Source: Nostoc sp. (GTDB lineage Bacteria; Cyanobacteriota; Cyanobacteriia; Cyanobacteriales; Nostocaceae). From it: a stretch of 64,000 nt of DNA. The notes under the pieces are model-generated. The model ran no database searches. It saw nothing but the letters and a program-made list of their open reading frames with translations, and was not told the DNA's origin. A program made the translations under genes and the position numbers. Position 1 is the stretch's first letter; every line of letters begins with the position of its first letter. Of the stretch, positions 32,996 through 42,400 are shown piece by piece. The stretch covers positions 64,001-128,000 of the forward strand of contig JBALDB010000056.1 of the NCBI GenBank assembly GCA_036918135.1, in the 5' to 3' direction.

Positions 32996-33118
32996 TTACC
33001 AGCAGTTACTGCATATCCAACAAACATAAGCCGCTGATCTGGTTGTTCTGAGTGTTTCCACTTCACGAATCACAAACTTCTTCATTGTCTTAGGTTGAAT
33101 AGCTTCTACAGTTTTCAT
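32996..33118 (-). CDS. Putative precursor peptide, copy C (40 aa)
   Basis: MKTVEAIQPKTMKKFVIREVETLRTTRSAAYVCWICSNCW*; AAGGAG RBS. Confidence 0.88.
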   Translation of the reverse strand: MKTVEAIQPKTMKKFVIREVETLRTTRSAAYVCWICSNCW

Positions 33119-33231
33119 TGTTTTCTCCTTGTTTTAATGTTTGTTGTGGGCAATCTTCTCTGCCCTTGTGTTTATGAATATAGAGAACAATCGGGTAAAA
33201 TTAGGGGAGCTGATTGAATTAATTTCAGAAG

Positions 33232-33354
33232 TTACCAGCAATTACTACATATCCAGCAGACATAAGCCGCTGCTCTGGTTGTTCTGAGTGTTTCCACTTC
33301 ACGAATCACAAATTTCTTCATTGTCTTGGGTTGAATAGCTTCTACAGTTTTCAT
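33232..33354 (-). CDS. Putative precursor peptide, copy D (40 aa)
   Basis: MKTVEAIQPKTMKKFVIREVETLRTTRAAAYVCWICSNCW*; AAGGA upstream of ATG. Confidence 0.88.
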   Translation of the reverse strand: MKTVEAIQPKTMKKFVIREVETLRTTRAAAYVCWICSNCW

Positions 33355-33697
33355 AGTTTTTTCCTTGTTTTGATGTTTGTTTGGGGCAATGTTCTCTGCC
33401 CTTGTATTTATAAATATAGAGAGCGATCGGGTAAAACTCAGGGAGTCGATTGAATTAATTTGAGAAATTTTCAGCAGTGCTTTAATGGATTTAAAAGGAC
33501 TTTAATTATGATGTCCGGCAAATCATCTGTAATGACAGTTATTTGAGCAAAAATGAGATCGCAGTTTATAGAAATACCTTGGTAGAGGCGCATAGCTGTG
33601 CGCGCCTACGAAAAATCTATACGTGCGAAGATTTTCGTGAAATGGTATGAGGCATTAGACATTGAAAGACCAATGACAAATGAAAATTGTTATAAAA

Positions 33698-35683
33698 TTA
33701 CATCCACCCGCCAATTTCGGCGTCGGTCAAAGGCTTCTCTAATTTGGTATATTCTGTCTGAGCAGCCCGCAATACGTGTTTCATCTGCACTGGTTCATCG
33801 GCATCAGCAGCTAGAAAAGCTGCATTTAAGGCTATATTACGGATATTACCGCCAGCCACATTTAGCCGCGCCAGTTTCAGGGCATCTAAGTCTGCGGTTG
33901 GTGTGTTAGCTGGAAAGACGCGTCGCCAAATCTCGGATCGTTGTGCTGTATCGGGAAAGGGGAACTGCACCACGAAACGAATACGTCGTAGGAAGGCTGT
34001 ATCAATTGCACTCTTTAAGTTAGTAGTCAGAACTGCTAAACCTGGGTAGCTTTCCATTCGTTGCAATAAGTAGCTGACTTCAATATTGGCATAGCGATCG
34101 CGTGCATCTTTGACTTCACTACGTTTACCAAACAAAGCGTCAGCTTCATCAAACAACAAAATCACTCCGCCTTGTTCGGCGGCATCAAACACCCGCCGCA
34201 GATTCTTTTCTGTCTCCCCAATATACTTACTGACTACCGATGACAAGTCAATGCGATACAGATCCAGGCGCAATCTATGTGCCAGTACTTCTGCGCCCAA
34301 GGTTTTACCTGTGCCGCTACCACCTGCAAATAAGGCACTGATTCCCAATCCTCGCCCACCTTTGCCAGCAAAACCCCAACTGTTATATACAGTACTGCGC
34401 TGCCGCACGTGCGCCGCAATTTCATGCAGAATTTGTTTTTGTGGTTCTGGTAATATCAAGTCGTCCCAATCACCAGAAGGCTCAATTCGTTGCGCGAGTT
34501 CATCCAAGCGCGGACGTGCTTGCACGCGACAGGCATCCCATAAAATCTCAGTGATATCGTTTTCTGGTGTTTGTGCTAGTTGTCCTGCGGCTTCTGCACA
34601 AGCAGCGCGAATAGTTGCGGCACTCAAGTTAAACTGCTCTATCAAGGTTTTGACTTGCCCGTTCATTTGCGGTGCGATCGCCGTTAGTGCATCTTGCCAA
34701 ACTACACCTTGTTCTTTGATTGTTGGTTGATGTACGTCAAAACTAACTACCAGGCGTTGTGGTAGGCGCATTCGTTCCCGGCTGGTGATAATTAAAAAGC
34801 CGTTGAGGCGTTCGATGAAATGAGCGATCGCATTCAGCCGCGCTGTATCATTGCTATCTAGTTCGTTGCAATCTAAGAGTAAGGCACACCTACTTAAAAT
34901 TGTCTCACGAGTCCATAACCGCATGAGATTATCCAACTCGCTCGGTGCTTGGGGAATAACTTGTGCAGGCATTACCCACAAACTCAAACCCCCCAGTTGA
35001 CAAATTCTGGCGGCAATGGCGCGTTTACTAATAGTTTCTATACCACATAACTGTACAATTGGCAAGCTATTTATCTTCTGAGCTTGCGACCACACAGCAG
35101 CGACTCGCTCTGCTAGTTCTTGGTGGGACGGTACTAACTCGCTAACTTCTTGTAATGGTTCAATGATGCCAGCTAAGCGATCGTCAAGATATTGAATACC
35201 TGTGAGATAATGCAAAATCCGCTCGTCAATTCTCAAGGGACTCAGGGTTAGCGCATGAGCATCACCAATTTGAATTAACCGCCAATGACGTAAAGGAGCA
35301 TTGGGGGCGATCGCATCCCAGTGGACGTGAGGTAAAGTTGCTAAAGCTAAACTTAACGTTGGGTAAGCTCGCTGTGGATCGCCGTGGATATTAGCACATA
35401 ATTTGGCAAAATCTCCATTTAATTCCATACCTGCACACACCAGCAACAAATCACTCTCAAAGGATGAAAGCCTAAACATTTTGCAGACTCTATCCAATGC
35501 CGATGGTGCAGGCATCGCAGCAGCAGCTTCTTGGAGGGCTTGCTGTAAATTTTCGTGGTTTTTTGCCTCAGATTGATTTTGCAAACTGACAGTATGATTT
35601 TCTAAAATTCCACGCACTACGGCTAGGGCTGCTGATAAGTAGTGGTAGTTTGCCCGATCCCAATCGATGGTTGTAGCATTCAT
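33698..35683 (-). CDS. AAA+ ATPase of the Afp15/Pvc15 (contractile injection system) type
   Basis: GGSGTGKT, DLSSVVSKYIGETEKNL, LLFDEADALFGKRSEVKDARDRYAN, GGNIRNIALNAAFLAA; N-terminal winged-helix-like part. Confidence 0.85.
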   Translation of the reverse strand: MNATTIDWDRANYHYLSAALAVVRGILENHTVSLQNQSEAKNHENLQQALQEAAAAMPAPSALDRVCKMFRLSSFESDLLLVCAGMELNGDFAKLCANIHGDPQRAYPTLSLALATLPHVHWDAIAPNAPLRHWRLIQIGDAHALTLSPLRIDERILHYLTGIQYLDDRLAGIIEPLQEVSELVPSHQELAERVAAVWSQAQKINSLPIVQLCGIETISKRAIAARICQLGGLSLWVMPAQVIPQAPSELDNLMRLWTRETILSRCALLLDCNELDSNDTARLNAIAHFIERLNGFLIITSRERMRLPQRLVVSFDVHQPTIKEQGVVWQDALTAIAPQMNGQVKTLIEQFNLSAATIRAACAEAAGQLAQTPENDITEILWDACRVQARPRLDELAQRIEPSGDWDDLILPEPQKQILHEIAAHVRQRSTVYNSWGFAGKGGRGLGISALFAGGSGTGKTLGAEVLAHRLRLDLYRIDLSSVVSKYIGETEKNLRRVFDAAEQGGVILLFDEADALFGKRSEVKDARDRYANIEVSYLLQRMESYPGLAVLTTNLKSAIDTAFLRRIRFVVQFPFPDTAQRSEIWRRVFPANTPTADLDALKLARLNVAGGNIRNIALNAAFLAADADEPVQMKHVLRAAQTEYTKLEKPLTDAEIGGWM

Positions 35684-36960
35684 GAAATTGTCACCTGTGG
35701 CGAATCATATTCTCCCGACTGATTTTTGTACAATGGACTTTCTGCGCCGTCTACCCGCACGCGCACCATATAAGTTCCTGGCTTAACATTTTTAATCGGA
35801 ATCGTAATTGCATCAGTATCTTCAGTGCGTGGTTCAACTAACAAAGAGTAAGCTACCAGACTTGGGGCTGAGACATCGCTAAGCAGCAAAACTACACGCT
35901 GTCCTTTGCCGACTTGGGGATGGAATTTGACGGTGATTTCTGCTGAGCGTAAATCTTTACCACTATTTTCTACCTGACCAACAAATGCCGTAATTTTTGG
36001 GTGTAGGACAAAAGTTGCAACATTTGATTCAACTATCCGATCCGTTTGTCCTGGGTTGCCTATTGTCAAATGTACCACTTGGATACTCTGCACGCTGGGG
36101 TACAAATCTGCTGGGACTAATAAGCTAATTTGCGTTTCTTTCACATCTTGAGGAACTAGTAACGTCTCTGTGTTACCCAATCTAATTCTAGTGATATCAC
36201 CGCGTAACCGCTTCCCACGAATGATTAATGTTGCGCCGCCAACAATCATTTGCTCATATTCAGTTTTTGCCAAAGCTATCACTTGTTCAATATTTGGTTG
36301 AGACAAGGGCATCATGTAGAAGCCTTCAAGGTCATCAGATTTACTACTCTCAATCAATACCATTGATGCCAGGTAGGTAGCTGAAGGTCGATAGTGCGTC
36401 TGTAAAGCAGACCATAATCTAGAAGTTTCTTCCATGTTAAAAAACTCTGGGGTGAGTTTGATTTGCCCAATTGCTTGTGCTAAATCAGATACAGACACCC
36501 CAGCCACAGCTTGGGAAAAAGCACTTGAGGTATTGGTTGTAGATGCATTAATTAAAGTATTCTCAATAATATCTGCTGTAATCAATGGAGTTTTATGTAA
36601 TAAATGCATTGCGTAGCCTAGTAGCAGCTCTGTCTGAAAATCCTTGGCTCCGTAGGCTGTTAATAAATAATGGAGGTCGAGAGCAAGTGGTGGAGTCGTA
36701 GAGGGTGAATTTCCACTTAGACGTGAGTGCCTGCTGCGAAATTCCTGAGATACCCAATCGACATTGCGATTCTGCGTCACTTGATAGAGAAAGAGGTTGA
36801 GTTGAGCGCGCTCATCAGCTTCAACTGAAATTCGATCGGGCGGTAGGGCAGTTACAATCACATCACCAACACTAGCAGCGATCGGATCGCTGACTAAACC
36901 GTTTTCTAGCAAAACTTTTAGTACTGCTGTCACGGCGGCTATAGAGAGTACGTTACTCAT
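35680..36960 (-). CDS. DUF4255 / Afp16(Pvc16)-like protein with C-terminal Ig-like extension
   Basis: MSN.LSIAAVTAVL, LNLFLYQV..N, PPLALDLHYLLTAY, LWSALQT.YRPS; ATGA overlap with the ATPase. Confidence 0.8.
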   Translation of the reverse strand: MSNVLSIAAVTAVLKVLLENGLVSDPIAASVGDVIVTALPPDRISVEADERAQLNLFLYQVTQNRNVDWVSQEFRSRHSRLSGNSPSTTPPLALDLHYLLTAYGAKDFQTELLLGYAMHLLHKTPLITADIIENTLINASTTNTSSAFSQAVAGVSVSDLAQAIGQIKLTPEFFNMEETSRLWSALQTHYRPSATYLASMVLIESSKSDDLEGFYMMPLSQPNIEQVIALAKTEYEQMIVGGATLIIRGKRLRGDITRIRLGNTETLLVPQDVKETQISLLVPADLYPSVQSIQVVHLTIGNPGQTDRIVESNVATFVLHPKITAFVGQVENSGKDLRSAEITVKFHPQVGKGQRVVLLLSDVSAPSLVAYSLLVEPRTEDTDAITIPIKNVKPGTYMVRVRVDGAESPLYKNQSGEYDSPQVTIS

Positions 36961-37489
36961 CCTCGTTCCTCATGGCAATAGCACATATTAATCATGTACG
37001 CTAGGACACATTCACAGAATATATTTTGCAAAACTTTAAATATTCTGTAGGGCAGACTAGCTGCTTGGCATACAAAACGTACTAGTGAGTGGGTATATCA
37101 AATGCTTAGTTGCTTGATATTTGCCTAATTTATCAGTACTCAATCCTAATCTCTAATTTTTAATTGCCAATTTCCAGTTTCTAGCTCAATACTTATCAGG
37201 AACTAATTTCAACCATCATAGGTCTTAATTTTAAGCATTTTATCAAATTATTAGCATTACTTTAAGTTGCTAATATGCTAAGCTGAGTGTAACTAGATAA
37301 GTATAAGTAATATAAATTACTAAGACTTTACATAATAAACAATCAAACAAACAAAAAATTTGTAATACTGTAAGAAATTAGGAGCCAAGCCAAAAAGACC
37401 TTGGTTTTGACTTCTGAATTATTACGTAACACTAGTACTATCTCTGATTAAACTTAACACTTTAAAATAACTAGGATGGGTTCCCCCAG

Positions 37490-39409
37490 ATGAAATCCCC
37501 ACCTTCTTCAGATTCTTGGAATGGCCGCTTCGTCGGTGATAACCAGCGGTATCGTTTAGACCGACGGTTAGGCAAAGGTGGCATGGGAGAAGTTTTCCTG
37601 GCAATGGACACGCGTGTAGGTCAGCAGGTAGCCTTGAAGTTGCTCAAAGATACGCTGGTGGCTTCGCAAGAAATGAGAAAGCGCTTTGAGCGTGAGGTAG
37701 CAGTTTGTGCTGCCTTGCAAAGCGACCACATCGTGAAAATTAGTGATTGTGGAGTCACTCCAGAAGGCTTTCCATTTTATGTAATGGAATATTTACGGGG
37801 ACAAACCCTCAGACAATTATTGCTGCGTGAAAAGCGGCTGTCTGTGGAGCGGACTGTAAAAATTATGGCGCAAGTTTGCAAGGGTCTAGAGCTTGCCCAT
37901 CAAGGAGTGACTCTGCAACGCGATGGAGGAAAAACCACTGAGCATATTCAGGTAATTCACCGCGACCTGAAACCAGATAATATATTTTTAGTGCCTACAG
38001 ATTTGGGAGAATGGGTAAAGGTTTTAGATTTTGGTGTTGCCAAAATCCGTAGTGAATCTTCGGAAAATACCAACATTACAAATATTACGAGTACATTCAT
38101 TGGTACATTTCGTTACGCGCCTCCCGAACAAATCCAAAGTGATAAAAACCTGGATGCTAGGGGTGATATTTACAGCTTAGGGATTATCCTTTATGAAATG
38201 TTGAGTGCAGCCGATCCATTTGGGATTAGCATTAAGGGTAATCAGATCAGTGAAGCTTCCTGGGTATTAGCTCATGCGTATGAGCCACCAAAACCACTGC
38301 AGGAGCAACCAGGGTGTGAGAATTTACCCGAACAATTGGAAGCCGTGGTGATGAAATGCCTCCACAAGAACCCGGCTAACCGATTTACTACGGTAGAAGA
38401 ACTCGATCGCGCTTTGCAAGCTGCCGCCAAATTTGTCACGGGCACTAATAGTGTACCCAGACAGGCTAGTGTGCAGCCACAACCTTTCTCCAATCAAGGT
38501 TCAAATCACGAAACCGTTCCCAGACAATCAAACGACGATACGATTCTTCGTCCTCCAGCTGCCTATAATCAAAGTTCAAATCACGAAACCGTTTCCAGAC
38601 AATCGAGCGACGATACCATTCTTCGCCCTCCAGCTGCCTACAATCAAAGTTCAAATCACGAAACCGTTCCCAGACAATCGAGCGACGACACGATTCTTCG
38701 TCCTCCAGATGGCTATAATCAGGGTTCAAATCACGAAACCGTTCCTAGACCATTTAACCCGATTGAACAAAGCCAACCTCAAGTAACTATTCCTCCGCTT
38801 TCATCTGGGTACAATCAAGGTTCAAATCACGAAACTGTTCCTAGACCATTTAATCCAGTCGAGCAAAATCAACCTGAGACTAACAATCCTCAACAGAGTC
38901 CTGTGAATAATCCTAACCCTAGCAAACCGGATGCGACTTTGTTTCAACCGCGATCGACATCTAATCCAGGTATACCGCAAGTACCAACAGATAAAACTTT
39001 GTATCAGCCACGACCTGCATCCAATCAAGGCGGAGTACAAGTACCATCAGATAAGACACTGTACCAGCCGCGACGCACACCCAATCAAGGTACACCGCAA
39101 GTACCAACAGATAAGACACTCTATCAGCCGCGACCTATATCCAATCAAGGCAGGCCAGAAGCATCACTAGATAAGACGTTGTACCAACCGCGACCTGCAT
39201 CTCATCAAAGCACAGCACAAGTGCGAACTGATGACACTATATACCAACCAAGGTTAAATGAGCAGTCATCTACGGGAACTACTCCCAATTTCTTGCGAAT
39301 CTTGGGAGTCATCTTAGCAATTGGACTGACTTTAGCAGTAGTAACGTTTATATATACTCAATGGCAATCTTCTAAAAAGTCAAGCAGCGAGCAAAGTTTG
39401 CTTAATTAA
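37490..39409 (+). CDS. Hanks-type Ser/Thr protein kinase with a repeat-rich linker and C-terminal TM
   Basis: LGKGGMGEV, VALK, HRDLKPDN, DFG, GTFRYAPPE; TM ILGVILAIGLTLAVVTFIY. Confidence 0.93.
   Translation: MKSPPSSDSWNGRFVGDNQRYRLDRRLGKGGMGEVFLAMDTRVGQQVALKLLKDTLVASQEMRKRFEREVAVCAALQSDHIVKISDCGVTPEGFPFYVMEYLRGQTLRQLLLREKRLSVERTVKIMAQVCKGLELAHQGVTLQRDGGKTTEHIQVIHRDLKPDNIFLVPTDLGEWVKVLDFGVAKIRSESSENTNITNITSTFIGTFRYAPPEQIQSDKNLDARGDIYSLGIILYEMLSAADPFGISIKGNQISEASWVLAHAYEPPKPLQEQPGCENLPEQLEAVVMKCLHKNPANRFTTVEELDRALQAAAKFVTGTNSVPRQASVQPQPFSNQGSNHETVPRQSNDDTILRPPAAYNQSSNHETVSRQSSDDTILRPPAAYNQSSNHETVPRQSSDDTILRPPDGYNQGSNHETVPRPFNPIEQSQPQVTIPPLSSGYNQGSNHETVPRPFNPVEQNQPETNNPQQSPVNNPNPSKPDATLFQPRSTSNPGIPQVPTDKTLYQPRPASNQGGVQVPSDKTLYQPRRTPNQGTPQVPTDKTLYQPRPISNQGRPEASLDKTLYQPRPASHQSTAQVRTDDTIYQPRLNEQSSTGTTPNFLRILGVILAIGLTLAVVTFIYTQWQSSKKSSSEQSLLN
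38492..39253 (+). repeat. In-frame coding repeats in the kinase: three 25-aa, two ~32-aa and about six 20-aa units
   Basis: NQxSNHETVPRQSxDDTILRPPAAY and DKTLYQPRxxxNQGxxQVPT. Confidence 0.85.
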
Positions 39410-39432
39410 TACTTGTTGATGTAGTCAATCAC

Positions 39433-39459
39433 TAAAGGTGCGTTATTAACGCACCTTTA
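39433..39459. terminator. Hairpin between convergent genes
   Basis: TAAAGGTGCGTT-ATT-AACGCACCTTTA. Confidence 0.65.
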
Positions 39460-39476
39460 CTAATTAGATTTGAGCG

Positions 39477-42400
39477 CTAGACTATAACATTAGTACCAAC
39501 TATCAAATTGCTAGCGGTGAAATTATTTAAAGTTACCAACGTGCTGAAACCATCACCACCACCGTTAGCGTCAACCTGCACTTGGGTAGAAGTACCCGAT
39601 TGCACGAACTGTAGATAGCCATCACCGTAGGGAGAGCCACCATTGTAGCCCAGACTCTTGAATAAATCAGTTAAAACTAACTTATCCTGGTTTTGATTAA
39701 AATCAGTGATTTTATCGCCAGTAGTACCCTTGTCACTTAAGGCTTGATAGACAAACTGGTCGTTACCGCTACCACCAGTGAGGCTGTCGTTACCAGCACC
39801 TCCAACGAGGATATCATTTCCCGTACCACCAATGAGTGTGTCATTGCCGATACCACCCCGCAGCAAGTCGTTGCCACTCTTGCCATCAATTTTATCGTTA
39901 CCCCCCTGACCATTAACTACATCATTTGAGTTATCTAAACCTGTAATGTTGTTAGCAAGGTCATTGAGGAAAGTCACAGTGTTGTTGATACCAATGCTTG
40001 TATCAGTGGAGTTAGCATCCAGGACATTAAAGCTATCAGTAATGCTAGTTTGTCCATCAAATAAGATATTGCCAATGGCTGGTGTTGTACCAGAAGCTTT
40101 TAGGTTCTCCAAATCTTCTAATTTGAATTTTTCGAGGATGACTTTTGTGTCACTCACTCCTTCAAAGGTGATTTCCAAACTTGTGCCATTCTGGGTAAGC
40201 AGCAGATTTTGGGCAGTTAAACCAGCACCTTGGAATTTGATGGTATCTACTTCCGCAATGACTGCTGCTGAGGGATTTGTGCCTTTACCCACTCCACCAA
40301 AATCGGTGATAGTATCAGTCTGGTCACGCAAGTTATAGACAAATTTATCTTTGCCACCGCCACCAGTTAGGGTGTCGTTGCCTTTCTTGGCTGTGATGGT
40401 ATCGTTGCCCGCTTTACCGTTAATTTTGTCCGGGGAGTTGCTGCCCACTAGGATATCAGCGCCACTAGTTCCAGTGAGGTTAAGACCGTCAGACTGGAGT
40501 TCATCAGCACCAATATCAACTTTTCCACCAGATATGCGGTTAAATCCAGAACCACGTTGGTCAGTGGTGACACTAGCAGGAATTAGGGCATTATTACCAG
40601 CGTTAATCGCAGGACTACCTGTAAGTAAATCTTGAGTCAAGGTTGGGCCACCGTTATCTTGCAGTTGCCCAAGTTTGGGATCGATGGGGTTGCTGCTAGT
40701 GCCCACTAAGGTGCTGGTGGTAAAGCCAGTGCTACCAGTATTATTGCCAATCAGGTTATTACCAGCATCAGTGAAGCTGCCAAAAACGTCTGGAGAATCC
40801 GGTGCATTAACCGCAGAATTACCCGCAACGATGGTGTTTCCAACAACCACAGTGCCTTTAGAGTCATTGAAAACACCCCCACCGTTGCCATTCTCGTAAA
40901 TAGCATCTGCCTTATTATTAGTAATGGTGTCATTGGTAAGGGTGAGAGTGCCTGTGTTAAATATGCCACCGCCGTTGTAGTTTGAGAAATTGCCAAAGAC
41001 AGTGCTGTTAGTTATATCGGCAGTGCCGGAGTTATAAATGCCGCCACCATAGGTCGAGTAGGGATCAGGGCTTGTGCGGTTCAGACCACTAGCATCAATA
41101 CTATTATTATAAACAGTGCTGTTAGTTATCTTCAGAGTACCTGTATTAAATATACCGCCACCATAGGTAGAAGTGAAGTCACCATTCGCACTATTATCAG
41201 AGATAGTACTGTTAGTCAGACTGAGAGTACCTTTGTTAAATATACCACCACCTAATGATGACCCCTGATTACCAGAGACAGTGGTGTTGGTCAGGCTGAG
41301 ATTGCCTCTGTTAAAAATGCCTCCGACTGCTCCCTGATTGTCTGAGACAGTACTGTTAGTTAAGTTAAGGCTGGTATTATTATTGAGAAGAATACTGCCA
41401 TATATGACATCATCAGCATTGGCAATCTTCAAGCCATCAATGCTGACATCTGTGCCTGTCCCCGTTATCTCAAATACTCCTGAGGCATTATTGCCGCCGA
41501 TAGTCAGCTTCGATGCTCCAGTTCCGACAATGGTTAAATCGTCAGTAATCGTCAGCTGCCCAGAGGTGAGGGTGATGACATCTGGCACGCCATCAGCGAA
41601 CATGCTGCCTGCAAAAGTAATTGTATTCGCTCCAGCAGTCGCATTGGCATTCAGAATCGCTTGTCGCAACGACCCTTTTCCCGAATCATTGGTATTAGTT
41701 ACTACTGTGTCAGTATTAACAGATAATGGACTAGTGGACTGGACTTCATAAGCACCAATATCAACTGTATTCCCAGATATTCGGTTAAATCCAGCACCTC
41801 TTTGGTCTGTGGTCACACTAGATGCTAAGGAATTCTTACCAGCGTTAATGGCAGGACTACCTGTCAGTAAGGCATAAGTTAAAGTTGCACCACCGTTATT
41901 TTGCAGAGGCCCGAGTTTTGGGTTAATCGGGCTAGTGCTGGTGCCCACTAAGGTACTGGTGGTAAAACCAGTGCTACCAGTCTTATTGCCAATCAGGTTA
42001 TTACCTAAATCGCTGAAATTACTGCCCGACACGTCCGGGTTGATGTCGCCGGACGTAGATTTATCGAAGTTACTTGCAATAATGGTATTCCCGACAACGG
42101 TGATTACGTCGTTCCGAGCAACAGTCTCATCATTGAAAACGCCACCACCGTTACCAATGCCATCGCTGTTAGAGTCAGCTATGTTGTTGGCGATTGTACT
42201 GTTAATCAGGCTAAGGTTGCTAAAGTTATAAATCCCACCCCCATCTTCTAAGGCCTGATTGCCAGAGACAGTACTGTTAGTCAGGGTAGCTGTACCGACT
42301 CTAAAACCATAAAAATCTGTTCCGTTATAAATACCGCCGCCGTAGTAGTTCGCTGTATTGTTAGAGACAGTGCTATTGATCAGCTTTAAATCACCTGAGC

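Larger units (their letters stand above)
32525..33466 (-). repeat. Tandem array of four ~236-bp units, each a peptide gene plus its upstream region
   Basis: Stop codons begin at 32525, 32760, 32996 and 33232 (spacing 235/236/236); similarity ends near 33466. Confidence 0.95.

Noticed and set aside
32525..33466. CRISPR array interpretation of the 236-bp repeats
   Set aside because: Whole units are homologous, with no unique spacers and no cas genes; the units encode peptides.
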